This document shows positions 1 through 14,077 of a stretch of 64,000 bases of DNA, piece by piece. The DNA comes from Octopus vulgaris. Taxonomy: Eukaryota. Location of the stretch: NCBI GenBank assembly GCA_951406725.2, contig OX597823.1:46872001-46936000 (forward strand), in the 5' to 3' direction. The translations under genes and the position numbers were made by a program. Below the pieces are notes generated by a model. The model made no database searches and had not been told where the DNA came from. It saw only the letters and a program-made list of their open reading frames with translations. How positions within the stretch are numbered: position 1 is the first letter of the stretch; each line of letters begins with the position of its first letter.

Positions 1-275
1 CATTCAATCTTTAAAAAACAAGTTTTATAGAATCTCCTTACAAAATTCTTATTTTGTTTTTCGCACATTAACTTGTGTAAGTTGAACTATGTAAAACGTT
101 AGAGAGGGAAACCTGTTTCTTGTAATACATACCAATACATATATCTAAAGCAAAATGTTTTAGGGGCCCTAAGAATACTACTTTGGATCCTCAATTTACT
201 ATTTTGTAGCGTAGAGCCCAAAAAACCTTATATGGTCCCCTCTGGCACTATATGGACCCTGGATGGGAACTACTG
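1..275 (+). mobile_element. hAT-type MITE, partial copy truncated by the window edge
   Basis: Colinear with the 61210-61544 element (ttcgcacatta.cttgtgta.gttgaactatg.aaaa, tatatggtccc). Ends in a degenerate TIR ggatgggaactactg. Confidence 0.7.
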
Positions 276-956
276 ATTCTATATCGTTAACAGTCAATTG
301 ATTCGACCCTAAAATATTTTTTCTTAATATTTTCACACAGCCGATGAGAGGATTCGAACTCTGGACTGTAAAACTACAAAAGTAACCAACAGCACAGCTA
401 TTCAAATTTCATATTTCAAACTAAAAAATTTAGTCTTACTACATATTTAACTAATAACCTTACATCTGTTAAGTTAAATCAATGAAATATTTCAGCCAAT
501 CAGGAAGAGTTTGCAAGGTCACCCTAGATATCAAAAATAGGAGCCAAATTTGCCTCAAATTTCTCTACCGTTTTATGGGAAAAAAAGACAGTGGATAATA
601 CAATTTTGAAAGACAGTATGGTCCTAATTGAAATACCTTTTATCTTATATCAGCTTCTCCAATGTAGAACTGTTGTTAAGTAAATCACTACAACATATTT
701 CAAGGCACCATACACTAAAGCGTATTAGCAAGTTCGCCATGTTTGATTTTGACACCTACTTCAATATTTATACAATCAGATTAGTACTGTCGATCGATAT
801 CACCTACTCAATAAACGACAAACAATAACAAACAGTTACAAATAATTCGGATTATTCAGGACATTCAAATTTATCAAAAAGATGAGCCGCTTCCATCGTA
901 AAGTCAAGCTTCATAAGAAAAAAAGCTTCAGGTTTTACCCTTTCAAAAGGGAAAAA

Positions 957-1311
957 CAGTGGCTCTCAACTGGTGTCCATATGGTCCCTGTGGATCAATA
1001 TCAAATTTTTAGGGGGTCTACATAACAAAATAGTAAATTGGGGGTCCATAATAGTATTGTAAGAGCCCTTGAAACAATTTTGCTCTAGATTTATGTATTG
1101 GTTTGTATTGCAAAAAACAGCTTTCTTTCTCTTGACATTTTGCATAGTTCAATCTACACAATTAATGTGTGAAAAACGAAACAGGACTTTTGAAAGAAGT
1201 TTCTGTAAAACTAGTTTTTAAACATCAAACGGTTGGGGTGGTGGGGTTCCACCAGAATAAAATAGAAATCAAACATGTTCATAGATAAAACAAAATTGTT
1301 AAGAACCCCTG
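957..1311 (-). mobile_element. hAT-type MITE, same family as 61210-61544, opposite orientation
   Basis: Termini cagtggctctcaac ... gttaagaacccctg. Body is the reverse complement of the 61210 copy. Confidence 0.75.
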
Positions 1312-1444
1312 ATTTAAAACGTTTGTTGTAGAACTAAATTCCAGTATACAAGTGCATTGCAGTTCTAAAAGAAATCTTCATGCGATTCCTTAAACCTATT
1401 ACTTTCTTCACTCATCTGACTACAGCCATGATGGAACACCGCCT

Positions 1445-1665
1445 TACTCTTTTACTTCTTTCAGTCATTTGACTGCGGCCATGCTGGAGCATCGCATTTA
1501 GTCGAGCAAATCGATCCCAGGACTTATTCTTTGTAAGCCTAGTACTTATTCTATCGGTCTCTTTTGCCGAACTGCCAAGTTACGCTGACGTAAACACACC
1601 AGCATCGGTTGTCAAGCGATGTTGGGGGTGGAGGGACAAACACAGACACACAAACATATACACAC

Positions 1666-1731
<66 letters not shown>

Positions 1732-2029
1732 ATCACGTGACCGACCAGATCATCAGATGTTGTTACACATCGCTGGTCACAATGCGTTCGCATTGTTTTT
1801 AGCCTTTGAATGACGCCACCCCGCTGGCTAAGCAAGCAGGCCAACATATATATATATATATACATATATACGACGGGCTTGTTTCAGTTTCCATTTACCA
1901 AATCCACTCCTAAGGCTTTAGTTGGACCGAGGCTATAGTAGAAGACACTTGCCACAGGTGCCACGCAGTGGGACTGAACCCAGAACTATGTGGCTGGTAA
2001 GCAAGCTACTTACCACACAGCCACTCCTA
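1445..2029 (-). mobile_element. tRNA-derived SINE family A with an internal (TA)n carrying an extra insert
   Basis: Minus-strand head ggagtggctgtgtggtaag...ggttcagtccc (A/B-box-like), body, (TA)n, tail gactgaaagaagtaaaagagta. About 20 related copies in the window. Confidence 0.9.
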
Positions 2030-2357
2030 AAAATTTTAGTCGAATGAATCGATCCTAGTACATTTTAAAGCCTGGTGCTTATTCTATCCCACACTTTGCT
2101 CGAACCGCTAAGTAACTGGTGCGTAAATACACCAACACCGTTTGTCGAGCGTGGTGGGTGACAAACCCTGACACAAGCGCACACACACGCACATACACAT
2201 GACAGGTTTCTTTCACTTTCCATCTACGAAATCCACTCGTAATACTTTGGTCGATCAGAGGTTACAGTGAAAGATACTTGCCGAAGGTGCTATGTAGTGA
2301 GACTGAACCCGGAACCGTGTGGTTGAGAAGCAAACTTCTTACCACACAGTCACAACT
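2030..2357 (-). mobile_element. SINE family A, diverged copy
   Basis: Colinear similarity to family A. Confidence 0.8.
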
Positions 2358-2885
2358 AATCTAGAAATAACCATATGAACATTTCTATTTATTGCGTTAA
2401 CTATTAGCTTGCATCGATTTAATTCTGTAAGAGTGAGTGTCCAATGTTATCTTCAACTCCATGCTCAGCGTCTGGTTATATTCATGAATGCAGCTGAGAA
2501 AGTTTAACATAATCCTTAACGAATGACAAATTTACTTTCTTCGTGCGGCTCGAATATCGTATTTACCAAAATACTAAATAAGCTGGTTAGAGAGAACCTA
2601 AAGGCACAAAGATAAACATATTCGATGTAAATTATATTGGTTTCAGTCGAGGATGATGCCATCCTGCAGATTATACATGTCTGACAATCGAAATTTAATC
2701 TTTGAAGCTAAAACGGAATGGCAACTTCCCCAAGTGAAGATTATTAATGTTTGCCTTGTTTAAGCTAAGGTACTTAAATGTTACCAGTCTTTCAGCTTCC
2801 AAACTGAACCTCTTTTAAATGCAACGAAACAAAAAATAAAAAGATAGTATGTATAGAAAGTCCAAAAATATGTTCAACCACCTTT

Positions 2886-3313
2886 GGATCTTTTCGGTTT
2901 GAACGGCAGTTTTTAACATAATTTCTAGGTAACTAAACACTTTTAAACTTCGTATACTGGTAGAATGTGTTTATAAAACATCTTTTTCCCTTGGCTCTAT
3001 TGAGAAAATTCTGTAGTTTGTAACATATTTGTTGGGGTTTTTTTCTTCAATTTCTGCAATTTCAACCAATCAGTGACGTCTATTGAGGTTTAAAACATTC
3101 TGTGCCGTATGAATATGTCCCTCGTTTAAGAAACAGATTGGGTTTATTTACATTTCTAAAGAAAAAAAGATATCCTTCCCCCACCCCTAACCCTAACTAA
3201 CCCTAACTCTAAAACAGATTGAAATGCAATAGATCGATACTAGGGTCATAGTTATGGGTGACGATTTCAAATGACACCGCTAGAAAAGACTGCCGTTCAA
3301 ACCGAAAAGATCC
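2886..3313. mobile_element. MITE with 25-bp TIRs and 8-bp TSD (Merlin-like, GG termini)
   Basis: TIR ggatcttttcggtttgaacggcagt / actgccgttcaaaccgaaaagatcc. Flanks ccaccttt / ctaccttt. Internal ccctaa repeats. Confidence 0.85.
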
Positions 3314-3334
3314 CTACCTTTTGTAGGCATGGCT

Positions 3335-3640
3335 AGAAAATATGCTGTTATGGCTGGTTAAGAAGTTTGTTTTGCAATTATGTAGTTTTGGTTTCAATCC
3401 TACTGCGCGACATTTTGGATAAATGTGTGTTCTATTATAGTTTCAAGTGGCCGAGTAATGCCATGTTTAGTGGATTTCGTAGACGGAAAATGTGTAGAAG
3501 CCTGTCACACTTCTGTGTGTCTATGTGCTTTGGCATGTCACTCCATAGCTTGACAATCATTGTTGCTTTCTTTTAGCTCCCACAACCTAGCAGTTTGACA
3601 AAAGGAGCGATATAATAAGATAAGTACCAGACTTATTCAA
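3335..3640 (+). mobile_element. SINE family A, old diverged copy
   Basis: gtggatttcgtagacggaaaatgtgtagaagcctgtc and tail similarity. Confidence 0.65.
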
Positions 3641-5706
3641 GTTTTTGCAGTATTTGTAAATTTGAAATGATTTCACAAAATAGGAAGTAATAGAAAAAAG
3701 TAAAAATCACTTCCAAAAATCTGGACGGTTGAAGCAAGCAAAAATCTGGACGGCTGATAGTAGCCTAAACGGCATTGACATATTCAAGAATTTGCCAATG
3801 AGCTTTCGAGCCCAGCAAATTAAGGTCTAGATTACAAATCTTTACATTAGGTAATACAGTCTTAGATGTAGTACATATAAAGTGAAATATGGTATGGTAG
3901 AGGTTGAAATGTCCTTAACCATTGAGTTATTCGATCCTAATTTTGAGTAAATACTGCTTAAAATAATAGTCAAATCTCCCTCGAATCATACAATACTGGC
4001 ATTAAAAAAACACACAAAAAATTATATATTGGGTAATATCAAGCAAAATTCGATGGTCACAGCTGGAATTTCTTGTATCCGCATCATCGGAGCTGAGATA
4101 ATTACATCAGTAGAGTACACCCAGGGTACTTAACCGATCCATCCGCCATAGCTTCTTTGTATTTACAAAAAAATTCAAGGAAGAAAAGGCAAACGGGCTG
4201 TAAAATGTGTAACGTGTAGAACTGAAAAGAATATAAGAAGCAGTTTTAAGGGGGATATATGTCTAAAAGAAGATAATAAATATTAAACGAAAGAGAGAAG
4301 AGGGATATCCATGTTTGTGTGTTTGTTTGTTAGTGTGTATGTCTACGTCAATGTTAGTGTGTATCTATCTATGTATGTGTGAGAGTGTACGTGTGCTTTG
4401 TGATGGCGTCTTACTACTGATAATAATGGTTTTTCATCGAAAGTGAAAATAATGAATAATAAAGTAGTCTGTTCCGAAAAAAAAGAGAGAGAGAGAAAGA
4501 AAGAAAAAAAAAAGAAAGGAAAATCTTTGGAAATAACTGAACGAAATTATTGCAAAGGGGAAATTTACTGATAACCAATGGAAATGAAAGGACATTGCAG
4601 ACCCTGTAGGGAGAAGATAAAATAAATTACAGCTGTAACGTGGATAATAAAGACAAACAGAGAAGAGATATTTAGGCAAGCTTGCAAAACATCGCAACAT
4701 TGAAGAATTGTCTCCAGGTAGAGATAAAATTTGAACTTCAACGAAGAGAAAGTGAGAAGTTGGAAAAAGAAAGCACTAAAGGGAAAGATAACAAAAGTGA
4801 AGACATAACCAGGGTGGTTTATCGCTATAATAGGAAATCGAGAAAATATCTAGAATGGTGTTTCTGGTGAAGAGAGAACAACACTAAGGAAAGAAGTAAA
4901 TGTTTTTAAAACGAAGCCATGCTAAATAAATTAATTCTAAATGTAAAATACCAATAAATCCTGTAGCTTTAGATTCTCAGAAATTGCTTTGAGAACTTTT
5001 GGAGTACAAAGGATAGGTAAATCTCCAAAAGATGTTTGAAATGAAATAAGACATATCTTCGAGAGTTGTTTTATGGCGTTCGCTAAGCAATAGAATTACT
5101 ATTCTCGAATGCTCCGTCATAACCGCTATCCACTACGGTTATCAATATACGTGGATAAATCTCTTCAGATTTCATGTCTAAAAGCAATGTTCTCCAAATA
5201 AAAACGCGTCTTTGATGAGACGGTAGATATTAGTATTATATCTTATATCTTAACATTGTAGATTTAAGCGACAGTCCCATGCTAAGGTACCAGAACATTT
5301 CAGCTTAGGTTTCAATAAGCTCAGGTATCCTCTTCTTCCTAGCAGCTACGAGCTAAGTCATCATCACATAGATTCAATTCTAATTACTTTATTTTATGGA
5401 GTTGTGTATAGACACCTCCACAATATACATCTACGAGAACGAATCACCTAGGGAACCGCAACGTGATGTTCGATTTTCTAGAAACAGCAGCCAAGTCTCA
5501 CCTTAACGTTTTCAATACTAAAACGATACACTGGATAATGTAGCTCTCAACATATCCTTAAAACGGTAGGGTGGTCACAGCTGGAAGGTTTTTAACCATA
5601 GTTTTCCCCAGTTAGGAATAAGCAATAAGAAAAACGACAACCGCAGATTTGTTAGCTTGAACTAATATCTTTTACTGATTCTGGAAAAGGAAAAACTAAT
5701 CCATTA

Positions 5707-6175
5707 CACTGTGTAACAATTTTTTTGTCTTTGGTGGTTAGTGAGTGTTATTTCCTATTTGCATCTACCTAGAAATCAAAGGAAATAGCTACTTATTCTC
5801 TTCAAACTCTGCTTTTGTAACTTGGACATCAATGTTTTGAAACTTACCTATTTTCCATTACATTTCAGACAGGTTCAACGCTGTCTAACGATATTCAAAA
5901 TATCGTTATAACAAATATTCTGCTCAGTACTACAGGTTTGCTTGTTAGTTGCTTGATCATAACTAGCTCAGTGTCTGACAATATGCGCATCCCTGATCAT
6001 GAGCAAGAGTAGTGGAAGAACATCATAGTCGTGTTTTCAGAGGGATTCTATGGGGTTTGGATAAGTGTAACAAAAGCAAAATTTGAAGGAAATATTAGCC
6101 ATTCCTCATACATTCTTTGGGTAAGCAAGTAGGAAATAACAGTAATTACCCAAGGACAAAAGTCGTATTACGGTG
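5707..6175. mobile_element. MITE with long imperfect TIRs, CAC...GTG termini, TTA TSD (Chapaev3-type non-autonomous)
   Basis: 5707-5820 is an imperfect reverse complement of 6066-6175. tta flanks both ends (5704-5706, 6176-6178). Confidence 0.65.
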
Positions 6176-7469
6176 TTATATTCTTTGTTGATGAAATCTT
6201 TATTTTCTTTACTGTTCCCCTAATTTCTTGAGACATCACAGCGCTTTTGGATAATAAGTTGAATAAATAGACATACTTATTTTAAAAAAAAACATAAATG
6301 TAAGTTTAGTTACACTTTATAAAGTAGACAAAGTTATTATACCACCAGCGAGCTGAATCCCCTATAGATTTGGTCTGAAAGGCACCAGTGAAAAGTACAA
6401 GGGGTCCACCTGACAGCCACCCTACCTGCTACAAACGGCAACCATATTTCCTTAAATTCCACGATACAACCATTAATAGCTAGATAGGACAGACTTGACA
6501 ATATAAACCTAAAGAAGTTGGAAATATCACGACTTGACCGAGCAGAAATAATGTTGAGGCAAAGTAACCACACGAAATCATTTTTTTCTTTTTTTTTAAG
6601 TATATCTAGGGCATGTTAACCAGGTTGATCCCACGTCAAACGCTAAACCAATACAAGTTAGTTATACAAAGTCCTATGTATGCCTACGAATCACTTGTCA
6701 CTTACTGGTGTAAGATACTGCGGACTAACAGGACCTGTGTGCCTCTACGCGAACAGAAACATTTAAAATTTATAGCTCTTAGCTCCAGAAACATTGTAGT
6801 TCTGTTTGCGAAACACATGTTGATCTTGTTGACCTCGTTGACCTTGTCGATCTTTACATTTTGTAAAGTTGATCTTGTCAACTATCTGGAAACTTGCCTA
6901 AATTTATTGATTACTAAATAATTATGACGGGTCTTTGTTAATTGAGAATGAGATGACGTTAGCTAGGAAATAGTTGTAGGAATAAAAAGAAAACACTTGC
7001 ACCTTTATAACTGTCTGAATTAGTCTGTGTATCTAATATTCTTTCGTAGTTTATTTTTGGTTAATTTTTTTTCATCAACTGTCTTAATAAACAATTTTAA
7101 AATATTCTTTCAGCTAAACTATTTTCAGGGTTATTAAACATTAATATCCTTTTAGTTTTTATAATTCGTTATTTCATGTAAGAATTCGTTTCATTATTTG
7201 CAGAGTTTCTAGAAACGGAGAAAAATCCTCTAGTTGTTTGTCCTGACTCTCTTCGGTCGGTACTCCATCCTTTTGGGGAAAGCTGGATAGAGTACCTTGC
7301 GATATGTGGTATTTGTTCTGATTCTTCCTGTTCTAAGATCAAATATCACTGTGGCCGACTTGGCGGGTAGACTTAATACATCAGCCATTTTAATACCAAT
7401 ATCTGGCACTTGAGTGACTTTAACGGTTCGGTTAAAATTAGTCTCCGGTTTGAAAATACTTTTCTCTCA

Positions 7470-8460
7470 TCCTCTCATCACTCTCAGATGCTCTATAAGG
7501 GGTATTGAGTACTACTCTCCGTGATGACTAAAAGCTTAGTTATATCTTCCTGATCAAAACATCGAACAACCAGAACTTGCCAGTCATCTCTGTCAAGTGC
7601 CTATTCCCAAGTTGCAAGCCAGTTCTCGCCATCACTCATGAGATCTTTTACTATTGCTAGTAATTTCTTCTTCGGGTATCCTTTCTTTCTGGAACCTGAA
7701 GTGACTACTGGAGACACAAGTATGGTGGTATGGAGAGATCTATCCAAATGACTTCATACTCTCCTGCTGGCCACCAGTCGACTTAGCGTGCATGAGAACC
7801 ATTATCTCATTAGTATTCCCGGGTTGGTGACACCCTCTATATACCAAATATGGTGCATCTTATGCAAGCTGGAAGATGTTAAATTTCATCTCCAGAGTCT
7901 TAGTTAGAGGCCACGACCCACAGCCATGAAGACGATCAGAATAAATGGTGTATCAAAACAGCTGGATTATGATCTTTATACTGATGTTGTGAGCTCCCCA
8001 AATTCTTCTTAATTTGAGAAAGGAACTGTTAACGTTACCACTCCTGATGTTAACCTCTTCCTCCACATCTCCATTACGAGATGTTAACTGCCAGGGTACG
8101 TGAAAACTTCGTATTCTTCCAAATGTTGAGCTTCTACATGGGTCACGTTCTTAACTGACCATTGCCTCTCCTCATATTACTTGAATATTTTCAACGCTGA
8201 TGTTCAGGCCTACATTTTTCATGATATTTTGTAAGCTGTTTCTCATTTCTTGCATCTCCGGTTCTTCAGCAATCAATACCAGAGCATCTATAAAGTTCAG
8301 ATCCATTATTTTGTTGCCATCTGTCCACAAGAGTCTATTATGATAGCCTAATGATTTCAGAATAACATTATCAACAAAAGCAGAAACAATGAAGGATGAG
8401 AATATACAACCCTACTAGTTTGACTGCTTTGAAAAAAATTCAGTCTCACCTGTATTTGTT
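7470..8460 (-). pseudogene. Decayed RTE-clade LINE reverse transcriptase, C-terminal part
   Basis: Minus-strand translation gives LLWTDGNKIMDLNFIDALVLIAEE..MQEM...VGLNIS and EEYEVFTYPGS, matching the RTE DLdFADD..L / F.YLGS motifs. Has stops and frameshifts. Confidence 0.7.
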
Positions 8461-8469
8461 TTTCTCTTA

Positions 8470-8685
8470 TTTTTTTTTACCTGTTTCACTCATTTCACTG
8501 AGGCAATGTTGGAGCACCGCCTTGAAAGGTTTTTAGTCGAAAAAAATCGACCTTACGACCTATTTTTTAAGACTAGTGATTATTCTATCGCTACCTTTTG
8601 CCGAACCGCTAGTTTACAGGGATCTAAATACACCAACACCGGTTGTTAAGCGGTGATGGAGGATAAACACAGACACAAAGACACT

Positions 8686-8718
<33 letters not shown>

Positions 8719-8798
8719 CGCGTTTCTCTCAGTTTCCGTCTACAAAAATACACTCACAAGGCTTTGGTCGGCTCGAAGCTATGGTAGAAGACACTTGC

Positions 8799-8800
<2 letters not shown>
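8470..8800 (-). mobile_element. SINE family A, truncated at a (TA)n tract
   Basis: Family A tail and body; head missing. Confidence 0.8.
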
Positions 8801-8856
<56 letters not shown>

Positions 8857-9738
8857 TAAACACCGCAATGTGTAGGTAGAAGACCTTGGATCTGAAAAAA
8901 ACTTCAAAGCAAAACTGACCACTAGAAACCTCTACATTATTATGGTAATGCGTCACAAAATTTGTCACCATTTTCTGAACGACAAAGAAAACGAAAAGAA
9001 CGTGTACTTACTAAAACACAATCACATATACATGCACACATATGAGACTGAGAGTTGTATCAAACACACACACACACACGAAAGACGACACATGTACATT
9101 CAAAAGACACATAATGTGAAATACACACATGCACACCTGCACACGCACACAACAAACAAATACACATACACCAGCGTTATATTGATCGGGCGTGCGCACA
9201 AACGAGCACGCAGGAACTCAAACATGATGAATAAGGAAGACACATGCATAATATATAGTATTTTGTAAATGAATATCTCGATGCATAAATGTGCAACGGT
9301 GAACAGATATTGAGAATCATATTTCGTGTCTAATAATCGCTGTTTTAAGTATGTAAGTATTATTTCGTTCATCTCAGAAGAAAAAAAACATTTGCTTCGC
9401 AGAAAAGCATTTCAGTTTCACTGAAATGCGAAATTTTATTTATTGTAGTATAGTGGTACTTCGTATGATTTGGTAATGTCTGAATTTGATTCATTAAACT
9501 TCTATTCCATTTCTTTAAATTATAGGGAGTGAGGGTGGAGAGAGACAGGGGAATGTTGAGGAAGAGTGTGTGTCTGTGTCTGTGAGAGAGAGAGGGAGAG
9601 AGAGAGAGAAAATAATTACTGCTAACTAGGCATGTATATTGTGTATTTGTGCGAGTATATTTGTGGTTGTATGAGTATTCATAGACACTTGCCCGTGTGC
9701 ATCTACACAGTATTGAATGAAGAATATAGACAAAGATG

Positions 9739-9739
9739 T

Positions 9740-9804
<65 letters not shown>

Positions 9805-9807
9805 GAG

Positions 9808-9858
<51 letters not shown>

Positions 9859-9881
9859 GAGAGAGATAGATAGATAAATAA

Positions 9882-9935
<54 letters not shown>

Positions 9936-9960
9936 GGATGGATGCATGGATGGATGGATG

Positions 9961-10022
<62 letters not shown>

Positions 10023-10090
10023 CAGGCAGACAGACAGACAGACAGACAGACAGGTAGGTAGGTAGGTAGGTAGGTAGGTAGAGAGAGAGG
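9739..10090. repeat. Compound tetranucleotide microsatellite (TAGA/TGGA/CAGA/TAGG)n
   Basis: Direct reading. Confidence 0.95.
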
Positions 10091-10324
10091 GGGTGAAACA
10101 GGACGATTGGCAGACAAAATTCCTAGAGAATAACATCGAATGTCATATGCATCACAAAGCGCCGTCTTAAAGTATGACTATCTTGGGTACGTAACCATGA
10201 GACCCAAAGGTATAAGGGACTATTGCAAATCATCATCTTGTTATCAGTATATAAATGATGTAGGGCCCATTGCATTACTATTACGACGGCACGGAGTTTG
10301 TATCTACAGTTCGTTGTCCATACG

Positions 10325-11081
<757 letters not shown>

Positions 11082-11259
11082 CAAAGCAACACATTCATAC
11101 ACATAAAACACACACACACATAGATGTTGGTGTTTCGAGAAGACTGTTGGAAGTCGATATTTACCGTTACTGCAGCTTTAAAGCTGAAACATTTTAAAGT
11201 ATTTTAAAGAATTTAAAGTAATATTGATAGATAGATAGATATACTATATATATATATAT

Positions 11260-12032
<773 letters not shown>

Positions 12033-12280
12033 GGTTAATTATATATATATATATATGTATGCATGTATGTATGTATGTATACAAACTATTAGTTCTAAAT
12101 CTCTGAACGAGATACATGCAGATAAAGTACAATAGAGTAAATTTCATTTGCCATCGTAAGGTGGCAGTCCTGGTTAGAACGAATGTTATTGCTATTGTTC
12201 GAAAATAGAAGGATGCAATTTTCCTGGGGTTAAATAAAGGTAACATTCGTCCAAACCAGGACGCGTTGGCGAATAAACTT

Positions 12281-12424
<144 letters not shown>

Positions 12425-12754
12425 ATACATAAAATTGTTCAAAAATGTTTGCGACATTTTCTCCTGCAATAGACAAAATAAAGTGTAAACACACCAGGCA
12501 CCAGATCAGGTGGAAGTGGCCTTCACCAAGATCGATAGATGAATGCATTTTGAAGTAGTAATCTTTTCATCAGTATATAAGAATGATGTATGCTTTCGTA
12601 CGAGTTCGAAATTGTCTCAAAGATATTTGAAATAGTAACATGTTTACCTTTATAGTGATCACTGCTTAGCGCTTCTGGTCTGCGTATACAAACATACATT
12701 CATACATACATGCATGCATGCATACATACATACATACATACATACATACATACA

Positions 12755-12789
<35 letters not shown>

Positions 12790-12815
12790 TTATATACATA
12801 TATATATTTATATAT

Positions 12816-12885
<70 letters not shown>

Positions 12886-14037
12886 GCATACATACATTTA
12901 TATATATCTATATCTATAGATATTACTACCAGTGGCCTAGCATGTAGAAAACTAGTCAATAGACTATTTATTATTCATATACAGTGCACATTTAAACACC
13001 TAAAAGATGACAATCATAGGACTCCTAACACGCTAGAAGAAGTAGCCAAAATCCAAATCACTGGTTTGGATTTTGGTTACTCTTTCTAGCGTGTTAGGTG
13101 TCGATCTAACTATCTATCTTTAAATATAAATACAGTGTTCCTTTAACCACCTAAGTGATGACCATCATAGGACACCTAATATCGAAAGAGTGGGCTCCAA
13201 GATCCAGCATTATCAAAAGAATACCGAAGTAAAGAATAACGCGCTGATTGTTATCGTCAATATTTCAAACATATTTAGATATCATTGTAAGAATATACTT
13301 TATCTTTAATGGAATATTTGGTAAAAAATATCATTAGAATGGTTGATGTAGGAGAGCCTGATAACCGATGTTTCTGAGTAATATTTGCAATTTCATTTCA
13401 AAACTACGATGCATATTTTGTATATTTAATCAAATAATATATTTTTGTAAGAAGTGGCCATTAGGATAAAGGCTTCCTTTAGATTTTATATATCTTATCC
13501 ACGTTCAACTTTTTATAATAAAAGTAATCATTGCCTTCACCACATTTGACTTATGACAGCGCTCAGCGCTATCGTAGATATCTCAAATACATTTACTCCT
13601 CTTTTCGGCAATATAATTTGTCTTTAGTGGAATATTTAGGGAAAATATTATTAGAACAGCTTGATAACGAAATCAATGATAGTATTTCGCTGATTACTCA
13701 TATATAAGCCGTATATTACTTGTAAATCTTGGTGCAATTTTTTTCTCTGAATAGTTTTAGTTTTGCCCTGTATATAAGTCGTACACTAGATTTTTCAGTT
13801 ACGATCAAGTATAAAATAGTGTCGAATAAATGCAGTATCTTAGATAAATTGCAAAATCGAAGTCGTAAGAGGTGGTGCTTATAAATATAAACTTGTTATT
13901 AATTCAAATATGCTTGAGGCATATTTGAACCCGTGAGAAAGCTATTCACTATTTAGTTATGGAGAAAAAACCTCGCTGTAGACAAATAGATGTAAACATA
14001 CCAAGTCACTTCGAAGTGTTCTCTAATTAGACAAATA

Positions 14038-14077
14038 GATGCTTGCATTTCGGAGTAGTTAGCTCCTCTTCAGCATC
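14038..14077 (-). ncRNA. Degenerate minimal hammerhead ribozyme
   Basis: Minus strand GATG-CTGAAGA-GGAG-ctaacta-CTCC-GAAA-TGCA-AG-CATC. Helices I and II intact; cleavage triplet altered. Confidence 0.65.

Noticed and set aside
9369-10136. Long ORFs such as [12 protein letters not shown] and MYVC repeats throughout the track
   Set aside because: Translations of di- and tetranucleotide microsatellites.
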